Assembly (NCBI GenBank): GCA_009914755.4
Contig: CP086569.2
Location: 51,232,001 to 51,296,000, forward strand
Direction of reading: 5' to 3'
Source of the DNA: the human T2T-CHM13v2.0 reference genome, Homo sapiens
Length of the DNA: 64,000 bases
Position numbers and translations under genes: made by a program. Below, in pieces: positions 42,688 through 56,921 of this stretch. The notes beneath the pieces are model-generated. The model was given only the letters and a program-made list of their open reading frames with translations. It was not told where the DNA came from and did no database searches. The stretch's first letter is position 1. Every line of letters begins with the position of its first letter.

Positions 42688-45600
42688 AATGGAATGGAAT
42701 GTATTAGAATGTAATGAACTTTAATGGAATGTACTCGAATGGATTCGACTGGAATGGAATGTTCTGGAAGTGAATGGACTCCAATGGAATGGATTCAAAA
42801 GGAATGGAATCGTACGGAATGGAATCTAATGGAATGGAATTAAATGGAAATGAATCAAATTGAATAGCACGGAATTGAATTGAATGGAATGGAATGCAAT
42901 GGAATCTAATGAAACGGAAAGGAAAGGAATGGAATGGAATGGAATGGGCTGGAATGGAAAGGAATCGAAACGAATGGAATGGAATCGAACTGAAGAGACT
43001 GGAATGGAATGCACTGGAATGGAAGGGAGTGTAATGGAAGGTTCTCGAAAAAAATGGAATCGAATGGAATGGAATTGAATGGAACGGAATAGAGTCGAAT
43101 GGAATTGAATGGAATGGAATGGACTAGAGTGAAATGGAATCGAACCACAAGGAATGGACAGGAATAGAATGGTCTCGAATTGAATGGAATCGTATGGAAT
43201 GGCATCAAACGGAATGGAATGGACAGCCACGGAATGGAATGCACTCGAATGCAATGGAGTCGAAACTAATGGACTGGAATAGAATGGACTCGACTGGTAC
43301 GGACTCCAATGGAATGGAATCGAATGGAAGGGAATCGAACGGAATGGACTCGAAGGGAAAAGACTGCAATGGAAAGGTCTCGAATGGAATGGAAATTAAT
43401 GGAATGGAATGGAATCGAATGAAATGGAGTCAAAAGGAATGGAATCGAATGGCAAGAAATCGAATGTAATGGAATCGCAAGGAATTGATGTGAACGGAAC
43501 GGAATGGAATGGAATCCAAAGGAATGGAATAGAATGGAATGGAATCGAATGGAAAGGACTCGAATGGAAATCACTCGAATAGAATGCAATTTAATAAAAT
43601 AGGATCAAATGTAATGGAACGGAATGGAAAGGAATCGAAACGAAAGGAATGGAGACAGATGGAATGGAATAGAACAGAGAGCAATGGTATAGAATGGAAT
43701 GGAATCATCTGGAATGGAATTGAATGGAATGGAATAATATGAAATGGAATGGAATGGAATGGAATGGAATGGAATGCCCTTGAATTAAATGGACTGGAAT
43801 GGAATGGACTCGAACAGAGTGGAATGGAAAGTGTTGAGATAGAATGGAATGGACTCCTTTGGAATGGTGTAGTATGCAATGCAATCGACTGGCAGGGAAT
43901 CAAAAGGAATGTAATCGAATGGATTGGACTGGAATGCAATGGACTCGAATAGATTGGAAACGGAATGCAAAGGAATGGAATGGAATAGTATGGAATGGAA
44001 TGGAAAGGAATGGAGTGGAATAGACTAGAGTGGAATGGAATGGACTGGAAAGCAATGGACTGGAATGGAACTTTCTTGAATGGACTGGAATCAAACGGAA
44101 TGGAATGCAATGCAATCAAATGGCATGGAATAAAATAGAATGAAAGAGAATCAAATGGAATTGAATCGAATGGAATCGAATGGATTGGAAAGGAATAGAA
44201 TGGAATGGAATGGAATGGACTCAAATGGAATGGACTAGAAAGGAATGGATTCGAATGGAAGGCAAAGGAATGGAATCTATTGGAATGGACTGTAATGGAA
44301 TGGAATGGAAGGGATTGGAATGGACTCGAATGGAATGGACTGCAATAGAAAGGATTCGAATGGAATGAAAAAGAATTGAATGGAATAGAACAGAATGGAA
44401 TCATATCGAATGAAATGGAACGGAATAGAAAGGAATGGAATGAAATGGAATGGAAAGGATTCGAATGGAATGCAATCGAATGGAATGGAATCGAACGGAA
44501 TGGAATAAAATGGAAGAAAACTGGCAAGAAATGGAATCGAAATGAATGGAGTGTTATGGAACGGACTCAAAAGGAATTGAATGTAATAGAATGGAGTGGA
44601 GTGGACTCGAATATAATGGACTGGAATGGAATGAAATCACATGGAATGGGAACGAATGGAATGGAATGGAAAGGAATGGAATCGAATGGAAAGGAATCGA
44701 ATGGAAGGGAATGAAATTGAATCAACAGGAATGGAAGGGAATAGAATAGACGGTAATGGAATGGACTCGAATAGAATGGACACGAATGCTCAAATTGAAT
44801 GGACTCGAATGGAATGGAAACGAAAGGAATGTCATCGAATGGAATTGAATGGATTGGAATGAAATCGCATAGAATGGAGTGGAATCAAATGGAATTGAAT
44901 CGAAAGGAAAGGAAGCGAATGGACTGAAATGAAATGGAATGGAATTGAATGGAAAGTAATGCAATGGAATAGAATGGAACGAAATTTCACGGAATGGAAT
45001 CAAACTGAATGGAATCAAATCAATGGAATCAAATCAAATGGAATGGAAAGGAATTGAATGGAGTAGATTGGATTGGATGGGATTGGAATGAAATGTACTG
45101 GAAAGGACTCGAATTTCATGAAACGGAATGGAATGAATTGGAACGGAATGGACTCGAATGGAATGGAATGTCATGGAATGGCATCAAATGGAATGGCATC
45201 AAATGGAATGGAATCGAATGCAATGGAATGCTATGGAATGGAATGGAATGCATTGGAATGGAATGTCCTCTAATGGAATGGATTCGAGTGGAATGGAATC
45301 GAATATAATGGAGTCGAATGAAATGGAATTGAAAGGAATGGGATCGAATACAATGGAATATACTGGAATGTAATGTAATGAACTCGAATGTAATTGACTG
45401 GAATGGAATGTACATGAATGGAATGTAATCGAATGGAAAGTAATCCAATGGAATAGAATCTAATGCAATAAAATCGACTCAGATAGAGTAGAATGTAATG
45501 GAATGGAGTGCAGTGCAATGGAATGGAATGGAATGGAATGCAATTGAATGGAATGGAATGGAATGGGATGGAATGGTATGGAATGGATAGTAATGGACTG

Positions 45601-46236
45601 GAGTGAAATGGACTGGAAAGGAATGGACTCAAATTGAAAGGGCTCGAAAGGAATGGAGTCAAATGGAATGGTCTGGAATGGAATGAACACGAATGTAATG
45701 CAATCCAATAGAATGGAATCGAATGGCATGGAATATAAAGAAATGGAATCGGAGAGAATGGAAACAAATGGAATGGAATTGAATGGAATGGAATTGAATG
45801 GAATGGGAACGAATGGAGTGAAATTGTATGCAGTGGAAGGGAATAGAACGGAATGCAAGCGAAAGGAAAGGAATGGATTGGAATGGAATGGAATTCATTG
45901 GAATGGAAGGGAATGTAGTGTAATGGACAGGCCTGGAATAAAGTGGAATGCTACGGTCTCGAATGGAATAAAAATGTATGGAATGGAATGCAATGAAATG
46001 GAATCGAATGTCATAGAATGTAATGGAATGCAACAAAATGGAATCCAAAATCATTGACTGGAAAGGCTGGGTGTCGAAAGGAATTGACTCCAATGGAATG
46101 GAATCGAATGGAATGGAAGTGAATAGAATCGAACTAAATCGAATGGAATGGAATTGATAGGAACGGAATGGAAAGGAATGCAATGATTTGGCATGGAATG
46201 GAATCGAATGGCATCGAATGGAATGGAATGGAATGC
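42688..46236 (+). repeat. Higher-order repeat unit 13 (3549 bp)
   Basis: Landmark recurrence. Its proximal two thirds are identical to units 11 and 12. Confidence 0.8.
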
Positions 46237-49200
46237 AATGGAATGGAATGTATTAGAATGTAATGAACTTTAATGGAATGTACTCGAATGGATTCGACTG
46301 GAATGGAATGTTCTGGAAGTGAATGGACTCCAATGGAATGGATTCCAAAGGAATGGAATCGTACGGAATGGAATCTAATGGAATGGAATTAAATGGAAAT
46401 GAATCAAATTGAATAGCACGGAATTGAATTGAATGGAATGGAATGCAATGGAATCTAATGAAACGGAAAGGAAAGGAATGGAATGGAATGGAATGGGCTG
46501 GAATGGAAAGGAATCGAAACGAATGGAATGGAATCGAACTGAAGAGACTGGAATGGAATGCACTGGAATGGAAGGGAGTGTAATGGAAGGTTCTCGAAAA
46601 AAATGGAATCGAATGGAATGGAATTGAATGGAACGGAATAGAGTCGAATGGAATTGAATGGAATGGAATGGACTAGAGTGAAATGGAATCGAACCACAAG
46701 GAATGGAGAGGAATAGAATGGTCTCGAATTGAATGGAATCGTATGGAATGGCATCAAACGGAATGGAATGGACAGCCACGGAATGGAATGCACTCGAATG
46801 CAATGGAGTCGAAACTAATGGACTGGAATAGAATGGACTCGACTGGTACGGACTCCAATGGAATGGAATCGAATGGAAGGGAATCGAACGGAATGGACTC
46901 GAAGGGAAAAGACTGCAATGGAAAGGTCTGGAATGGAATGGAAATTAATGGAATGGAATGAAATCGAATGAAATGGAGTCAAAAGGAATGGAATCGAATG
47001 GCAAGAAATCGAATGTAATGGAATCGCAAGGAATTGATGTGAACGGAACGGAATGGAATGGAATCCAAAGGAATGGAATAGAATGGAATGGAATCGAATG
47101 GAAAGGACTCGAATGGAAATCACTCGAATAGAATGCAATTCAATAAAATAGGATCAAATGTAATGAAATGGAATGGAAAGGAATCGAAACGAAAGGAATG
47201 GAGACAGATGGAATGGAATGGAACAGAGAGCAATGGTATAGAATGGAATGGAATCATCTGGAATGGAATTGAATGGAATGGAATAATATGAAATGGAATG
47301 GAATGGAATGGAATGGAATGCCCTTGAATTAAATGGACTGGAATGGAATGGACTCGAACAGAGTGGAATGGAAAGTGTTGAGATAGAATGGAATGGACTC
47401 CTTTGGAATGGTGTAGTATGCAATGCAATCGACTGGCAGGGAATCAAAAGGAATGTAATGGAATGGACTGGACTGGAATGCAATGGACTCGAATAGATTG
47501 GAAACGGAATGCAAAGGAATGGAATGGAATAGTATGGAATGGAATGGAAAGGAATGGAGTGGAATAGACTAGAGTGGAATGGAATGGACTGGAAAGCAAT
47601 GGACTGGAATGGAACTTTCTTGAATGGACTGGAATCAAACGGAATGGAATGCAATGCAATCAAATGGCATGGAATAAAATAGAATGAAAGAGAATCAAAT
47701 GGAATTGAATCGAATGGAATCGAATGGATTGGAAAGGAATAGAATGGAATGGAATGGAATGGACTCAAATGGAATGGACTAGAATGGAATGGATTCGAAT
47801 GGAAGGCAAAGGAATGGAATCTATTGGAATGGACTGTAATGGAATGGAATGGAAGGGATTGGAATGGACTCGAATGGAATGGACTGCAATAGAAAGGATT
47901 CGAATGGAATGAAAAAGAATTGAATGGAATAGAACAGAATGGAATCAAATCGAATGAAATGGAATGGAATAGAAAGGAATGGAATGAAATGGAATGGAAA
48001 GGATTCGAATGGAATGCAATCGAATGGAATGGAATCGAACGGAATGGAATAAAATGGAAGAAAACTGGCAAGAAATGGAATCGAAATGAATGGAGTGTTA
48101 TGGAACGGACTCAAAAGGAATTGAATGTAATAGAATGGAGTGGAGTGGACTCGAATATAATGGACTGGAATGGAATGAAATCACATGGAATGGGAACGAA
48201 TGGAATGGAATGGAAAGGAATGGAATCGAATGGAAAGGAATCGAATGGAAGGGAATGAAATTGAATCAACAGGAATGGAAGGGAATAGAATAGACGGTAA
48301 TGGAATGGACTCGAATAGAATGGACACGAATGCTCAAATTGAATGGACTCGAATGGAATGGAAACGAAAGGAATGTCATCGAATGGAATTGAATCGATTG
48401 GAATGAAATCGCATAGAATGGAGTGGAATCAAATGGAATTGAATCGAAAGGAAAGGAAGCGAATGGACTGAAATGAAATGGAATGGAATTGAATGGAAAG
48501 TAATGCAATGGAATAGAATGGAACGAAATTTCACGGAATGGAATCAAACTGAATGAAATCAAATCAATGGAATCAAATCAAATGGAATGGAAAGGAATTG
48601 AATGGAGTAGATTGGATTGGATGGGATTGGAATGAAATGTACTGGAAAGGACTCGAATTTCATGAAACGGAATGGAATGAATTGGAACGGAATGGACTCG
48701 AATGGAATGGAATGTCATAGAATGGCATCAAATGGATTGGCATCAAATGGAATGGAATCGAATGCAATGGAATGCTATGGAATGGAATGGAATGCATTGG
48801 AATGGAATGTCCTCTAATGGAATGGATTCGAGTGGAATGGAATCGAATATAATGGAGTCGAATGAAATGGAATTGAAAGGAATGGGATCGAATACAATGG
48901 AATATACTGGAATGTAATGTAATGAACTCGAATGTAATTGACTGGAATGGAATGTACATGAATGGAATGTAATCGAATGGAAAGTAATCCAATGGAATAG
49001 AATCTAATGCAATAAAATCGACTCAGATAGAGTAGAATGTAATGGAATGGAGTGCAGTGCAATGGAATGGAATGGAATGGAATGCAATGGAATGGAATGG
49101 AATGGAATGGAATGGAATGGAATGGAATGGAATGGGATGGAATTGTATGGAATGGATAGTAATGGACTGGAGTGAAATGGACTGGAAAGGAATGGACTCA

Positions 49201-49805
49201 AATTGAAAGGGCTCGAAAGGAATGGAGTCAAATGGAATGGTCTGGAATGGAATGAACACGAATGTAATGCAATCCAATAGAATGGAATCGAATGGCATGG
49301 AATATAAAGAAATGGAATTGAAGAGAATGGAAACAAATGGAATGGAATTGAATGGAATGGAATTGAATGGAATGGGAACGAATGGAGTGAAATTGTATGC
49401 AGTAGAAGGGAATAGAATGGAATGCAAGCGAAAGGAAAGGAATGGATTGGAATGGAATGGAATTCATTGGAATGGAAGGGAATGTAGTGTAATGGACAGG
49501 CCTGGAAAAAAGTGGAATGCTACGGTCTCGAATGGAATAAAAATGTATGGAATGGAATGCAATGAAACGGAATCGAATGTCATAGAATGTAATGGAATGC
49601 AAAAAAATGGAATCCAAAATCATTGACTGGAAAGGCTGGGTGTCGAAAGGAATTGACTGCAATGGAATGGAATCGAATTGAATGGAAGTGAATAGAATCG
49701 AACTAAATCGAATGGAATGGAATTGATAGGAACGGAATGGAAAGGAATGCAATGATTTGGCATGGAATGGAATCGAATGGCATCGAATGGAATGGAATGG
49801 AATGC
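46237..49805 (+). repeat. Higher-order repeat unit 14 (3569 bp)
   Basis: Landmark recurrence. Confidence 0.8.
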
Positions 49806-52800
49806 AATGGAATGGAATGTATTAGAATGTAATGAACATTAATGGAATGTACTCGAATGGATTCGACTGGAATGGAATGTTCTGGATGTGAATGGACTCC
49901 AATGGAATGGATTCGAAAGGAATGGAATCGAACGGAGTGGATTCTAATGGAATGGAATTAAATGGAAATGAATCAAATTGAATAGCACGGAATTGAATTG
50001 AATGGAATCGAATGCAATGGAATCTAATGAAACGGAAAGGAAAGAATGGAATGGAATAGAATGGGCTGGAATGGAAAGGAATCAAAACGAATGGAATGGA
50101 ATCGAACTGAAGAGATTGGAATGGAATGCACTGGAATGGAAGGGAGTGTAATGGAAGGTTCTCGAAAAAAATGGAATCGAATGGAATGGAATTGAATGGA
50201 ACGGAATAGAGTCGAATGGAATTGAATGGAATGGAATGGACTAGAGTGAAATGGAATCGAACCACAAGGAATGGACAGGAATAGAATGGTCTCGAATTGA
50301 ATGGAATCGTATGGAATGGCATCAAACGGAATGGAATGGACAGCCACGGAATGGAATGCACTCGAATGCAATGGAGTCGAAACTAATGGACTGGAATAGA
50401 ATGGACTCGACTGGTACGGACTCCAATGGAATGGAATCAAATGGAAGGGAATCGAACGGAATGGACTCGAAGGGAAAAGACTGCAATGGAAAGGTCTCGA
50501 ATGGAATGGAAATTAATGGGATGGAATGGAATCGAATGAAATGGAGTCAAAAGGTATGGAATCGAATGGCAAGAAATCGAATGTAATGGAATCGCAAGGA
50601 ATTGATGTGAACGGAACGGAATGGAATGGAATCCAAAGGAATGGAATGGAATCGAATGGAAAGGACTCGAATGGAAATCACTCGAATAGAATGCAATTTA
50701 ATAAAATAGGATCAAATGTAATGGAATGGAATGGAAAGGAATCGAAACGAAAGGAATGGAGACAGATGGAATGGAATAGAACAGAGAGCAATGGTATAGA
50801 ATGGAATGGAATCATCTGGAATGGAATTGAATGGAATGGAATAATATGAAATGGAATGGAATGGAATGGAATGCCCTTGAATTAAATGGACTGGAATGGA
50901 ATGGACTCGAACAGAGTGGAATGGAAAGTGTTGAGATAGAATGGAATGGACTCGTTTGGAATGGTCTAGTATGCAATGCAATCGACTGGCAGGAATCAAA
51001 AGGAATGTAATGGAATGGATTGGACTGGAATGCAATGGACTCGAATAGATTGGAAACGGAATGCAAAGGAATGGAATGGAATAGTATGGAATGGAATGGA
51101 AAGGAATGGAGTGGAATAGACTAGAGTGGAATGGAATGGACTGGAAAGCAATAGACTGGAATGGAACTTTCTTGAATGGACTGGAATCAAACGGAATGGA
51201 ATGCAATGCAATCAAATGGCATGGAATAAAATAGAATGAAAGAGAATCAAATGGAATTGAATCGAATGGAATCGAATGGATTGGAAAGGAATAGAATGGA
51301 ATGGAATGGAATTGACTCAAATGGAATGGACTAGAATGGAATGGATTCGAATGGAAGGCAAAGGAATGGAATCTATTGGAATGGACTGTAATGGAATGGA
51401 ATGGAAGGGATTGGAATGGACTCGAATGGAATGGACTGCAATAGAAAGGATTCGAATGGAATGAAAAAGAATTGAATGGAATAGAACAGAATGGAATCAA
51501 ATCGAATGAAATGGAATGGAATAGAAAGGAATGGAATGAAATGGAATGGAAAGGATTCGAATGGAATGCAATCGAATGGAATGGAATCGAACGGAATGGA
51601 ATAAAATGGAAGAAAACTGGCAAGAAATGGAATCGAAATGAATGGAGTGTTATGGAACGGACTCAAAAGGAATTGAATGTAATAGAATGGAGTGGAGTGG
51701 ACTCGAATATAATGGACTGGAATGGAATGAAATCACATGGAATGGGAACGAATGGAATGGAATGGAAAGGAATGGAATCGAATGGAAAGGAATCGAATGG
51801 AAGGGAATGAAATTGAATCAACAGGAATGGAAGGGAATAGAATAGACGGTAATGGAATGGACTCGAATAGAATGGACACGAATGCTCAAATTGAATGGAC
51901 TCGAATGGAATGGAAACGAAAGGAATGTCATCGAATGGAATTGAATCGATTGGAATGAAATCGCATAGAATGGAGTGGAATCAAATGGAATTGAATCGAA
52001 AGGAAAGGAAGCGAATGGACTGAAATGAAATGGAATGGAATTGAATGGAAAGTAATGCAATGGAATAGAATGGAACGAAATTTCACGGAACGGAATCAAA
52101 CTGAATGGAATCAAATCAATGGAATCCACTCAAATGGAATGGAAAGGAATTGAATGGAGTAGATTGGATTGGATGGGATTGGAATGAAATGTACTGGAAA
52201 GGACTCGAATTTCATGAAACGGAATGGAATGAATTGGAACGGAATGGACTCGAATGGAATGGAATGTCATGGAATGGCATCAAATGGTATGGCATCAAAT
52301 GGAATGGAATCGAATGCAATGGAATGCTATGGAATGGAATGGAATGCATTGGAATGGAATGTCCTCTAATGGAATGGATTCGAGTGGAATGGAATCGAAT
52401 ATAATGGAGTCGAATGAAATGGAATTGAAAGGAATGGGATCGAATACAATGGAATATACTGGAATGTAATGTAATGAACTCGAATGTAATTGACTGGAAT
52501 GGAATGTACATGAATGGAATGTAATCGAATGGAAAGTAATCCAATGGAATAGAATCTAATGCAATAAAATCGACTCAGATAGAGTAGAATGTAATGGAAT
52601 GGAGTGCAGTGCAATGGAATGGAATGGAATGGAATGCAATGGAATGGAATGGAATGGAATGGAATGGAATGGAATGGAATGGAATGGAATGGTGTGGAAT
52701 GGATAGTAATGGACTGGAGTGAAATGGACTGGAAAGGAATGGACTCAAATTGAATGGGCTCGAAAGGAATGGAGTCAAATGGAATGGTCTGGAATGGAAT

Positions 52801-53351
52801 GAAGACGAATGTAATGCAATCCAATAGAATGGAATCGAATGGCATGGAATATAAAGAAATGGAATCGAAGAGAATGGAAACAAATGGATTGGAATTGAGT
52901 GGAATGGAATTGAATGGAATGGGAACGAATGGAGTGAAATTGTATGCAGTAGAAGAGAATAGAATGGAATGCAAGCGAAAGGAAAGGAATGGATTGGAAT
53001 GGAATGGAATTCATTGGAATGGAAGGGAATGTAGTGTAATGGACAGGCCTGGAATAAAGTGGAATGCTACGGTCTCGAATGGAATAAAAATGTATGGAAT
53101 GGAATGCAATGAAACGGAATCGAATGTCATAGAATGTAATGGAATGCAAAAAAATGGACTCCAAAATCATTGACTGGAAAGGCTGGGTGTCGAAAGGAAT
53201 TGACTCCAATGGAATGGAATCGAATGGAATGGAAGTGAATAGAATCGAACTAAATCGAATGGAATGGAATTGATAGGAACGGAATGGAAAGGAATGCAAT
53301 GATTTGGCATGGAATGGAATCGAATGGCATCGAATGGAATGGAATGGAATG
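49806..53351 (+). repeat. Higher-order repeat unit 15 (3546 bp; several small indels, including ~10 bp missing near 50641 and a 1 bp loss near 50993)
   Basis: Landmark recurrence. The pseudo-ORF pattern is altered at 50024-50440 and 50712-51623. Confidence 0.75.
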
Positions 53352-56300
53352 CAATGGAATGGAATGTATTAGAATGTAATGAACTTTAATGGAATGTACT
53401 CGAATGGATTCGACTGGAATGGAATGTTCTGGAAGTGAATGGACTCCAATGGAATGGATTCAAAAGGAATGGAATCGTACGGAATGGAATCTAATGGAAT
53501 GGAATTAAATGGAAATGAATCAAATTGAATAGCACGGAATTGAATTGAATGGAATGGAATGCAATGGAATCTAATGAAACGGAAAGGAATGGAATGGAAT
53601 GGAATGGAATGGGCTGGAATGGAAAGGAATCGAAACGAATGGAATGGAATCGAACTGAAGAGACTGGAATGGAATGCACTGGAATGGAAGGGAGTGTAAT
53701 GGAAGGTTCTCGAAAAAAATGGAATCGAATGGAATGGAATTGAATGGAACGGAATAGAGTCGAATGGAATTGAATGGAATGGAATGGACTAGAGTGAAAT
53801 GGAATCGAACCACAAGGAATGGACAGGAATAGAATGGTCTCGAATTGAATGGAATCGTATGGAATGGCATCAAACGGAATGGAATGGACAGCCACGGAAT
53901 GGAATGCACTCGAATGCAATGGAGTCGAAACTAATGGACTGGAATAGAATGGACTCGACTGGTACGGACTCCAATGGAATGGAATCGAATGGAAGGGAAT
54001 CGAACGGAATGGATTCGAAGGGACAAGACTGCAAAGGAAAGGTCTCGAATGGAATGGAAATTAATGGAATGGAATGGAATCAAATGAAATGGAGTCAAAA
54101 GGAATGGAATCGAAAGGCAAGAAATCGAATGTAATGGAATCGCAAGGAATTGATGTGAACGGAACGGAATGGAATGGAATCCAAAGGAATGGAATAGAAT
54201 GGAATGGAATCGAATGGAAAGGACTCGAATGGAAATCACTCGAATAGAATGCAATTTAATAAAATAGGATCAAATGTAATGGAATGGAATGGAAAGGAAT
54301 CGAAACGAAAGGAATGGAGACAGATGGAATGGAATGGAACAGAGAGCAATGGTATAGAATGGAATGGAATCATCTGGAATGGAATTGAATGGAATGGAAT
54401 AATATGAAATGGAATGGAATGGAATGGAATGGAATGCCCTTGAATTAAATGGACTGGAATGGAATGGACTCGAACAGAGTGGAATGGAAAGTGTTGAGAT
54501 AGAATGGAATGGACTCCTTTGGAATGGTCTAGTATGCAATGCAATCGACTGGTAGGGAATCAAAAGGAATGTAATCGAATGGATTGGACTGGAATGCAAT
54601 GGACTCGAATAGATTGGAAACGGAATGCAAAGGAATGGAATGGAATAGTATGGAATGGAATGGAAAGGAATGGAGTGGAATAGACTAGAGTGGAATGGAA
54701 TGGACCGGAAAGCAATGGACTGGAATGGAACTTTCTTGAATGGACTGGAATCAAACGGAATGGAATGCAATGCAATCAAATGGCATGGAATAAAATAGAA
54801 TGAAAGAGAATCAAATGGAATTGAATCGAATGGAATCGAATGGATTGGAAAGGAATAGAATGGAATGGAATGGAATTGACTCAAATGGAATGGACTAGAA
54901 TGGAATGGATTCGAATGGAAGGCAAAGGAATGGAATCTATTGGAATGGACTGTAATGGAATGGAATGGAAGGGATTGGAATGGACTCGAATGGAATGGAC
55001 TGCAATAGAAAGGATTCGAATGGAATGAAAAAGAATTGAATGGAATAGAACAGAATGGAATCAAATCGAATGAAATGGAATGGAATAGAGAGGAATGGAA
55101 TGAAATGGAATGGAAAGGATTCGAATGGAATGCAATCGAATGGAATGGAATCGAACGGAATGGAATAAAATGGAAGAAAACTGGCAAGAAATGGAATCGA
55201 AATGAACGGAGTGTTATGGAACGGACTCAAAAGGAATTGAATGTAATAGAATGGAGTGGAGTGGACTCGAATATAATGGACTGGAATGGAATGAAATCAC
55301 ATGGAATGGGAACGAATGGAATGGAATGGAAAGGAATGGAATCGAATGGAAAGGAATCGAATGGAAGGGAATGAAATTGAATCAACAGGAATGGAAGGGA
55401 ATAGAATAGACGGTAATGGAATGGACTCGAATAGAATGGACACGAATGCTCAAATTGAATGGACTCGAATGGAATGGAAACGAAAGGAATGTCATCGAAT
55501 GGAATTGAATCGATTGGAATGAAATCGCATAGAATGGAGTGGAATCAAATGGAATTGAATCGAAAGGAAAGGAAGCGAATGGACTGAAATGAAATGGAAT
55601 GGAATTGAATGGAAAGTAATGCAATGGAATAGAATGGAACGAAATTTCACGGAATGGAATCAAACTGAATGGAATCAAATCAATGGAATCTAATCAAATG
55701 GAATGGAAAGGAATTGAATGGAGTAGATTGGATTGGATGGGATTGGAATGAAATGTACTGGAAAGGACTCGAATTTCATGAAACGGAATGGAATGAATTG
55801 GAACGGAATGGACTCGAATGGAATGGAATGTCATGGAATGGCATCAAATGGAATGGCATCAAATGGAATGGAATCGAATGCAATGGAATGCTATGGAATG
55901 GAATGGAATGCATTGGAATGGAATGTCCTCTAATGGAATGGATTCGAGTGGAATGGAATCAAATATAATGGAGTCGAACGAAATGGAATTGAAAGGAATG
56001 GGATCGAATAGAATGGAATATACTGAAATGTAATGTAATGAACTCGAATGTAGTTGACTGGAATGGAATGTACATGAATGGAATGTAATCGAATGGAAAG
56101 TAATCCAATGGAATAGAATCTAATGCAATAAAACCGACTCAGATAGAGTAGAATGTAATGGAATGGAGTGCAGTGCAATGGAATGGAATGGAATTGAATG
56201 CAATGGAATGGAATGGAATGGAATGGAATGGAATGGAATGGAATGGAATGGGATGGAATGGTATGGAATGGATAGTAATGGACTGGAGTGAAATGGACTG

Positions 56301-56921
56301 GAAAGGAATGGACTCAAATTGAAAGGGCTCGAAAGGAATGGAGTCAAATGGAATGGTCTGGAATGGAATGAACACGAGTGTAATGCAATCCAATAGAATG
56401 GAAACGAATGACATGGAATATAAAGAAATGGAATCGAAGAGAATGGAAACAAATGGAATGGAATTGAATGGAATGGAATTGAATGGAATGGGAACGAATG
56501 GAGTGAAATTGTATGCAGTAGAAGGGAATAGAATGGAATGCAAGTGAAAGGAAAGGAATGGATTGGAATGGAATGGAATTCATTGGAATGGAAGGGAATG
56601 TAGTGTAATGGACAGGCCTGGAATAAAGTGGAATGCTACGGTCTCGAATGGAATAAAAATGTATGGAATGGAATGCAATGAAACGGAATCGAATGTCATA
56701 GAATGTAATGGAATGCAACAAAATGGAATCCAAAATCATTGACTGGAAAGGCTGGGTGTCGAAAGGAATTGACTCCAATGGAATGGAATCGAATGGAATG
56801 GAAGTGAATAGAATCGAACTAAATCGAATGGAATGGAATTGATAGGAACGGAATGGAAAGGAATGCAATGATTTGGCATGGAATGGAATCGAATGGCATC
56901 GAATGGAATGGAATGGAATGC
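53352..56921 (+). repeat. Higher-order repeat unit 16 (3570 bp)
   Basis: Landmark recurrence. Confidence 0.8.
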
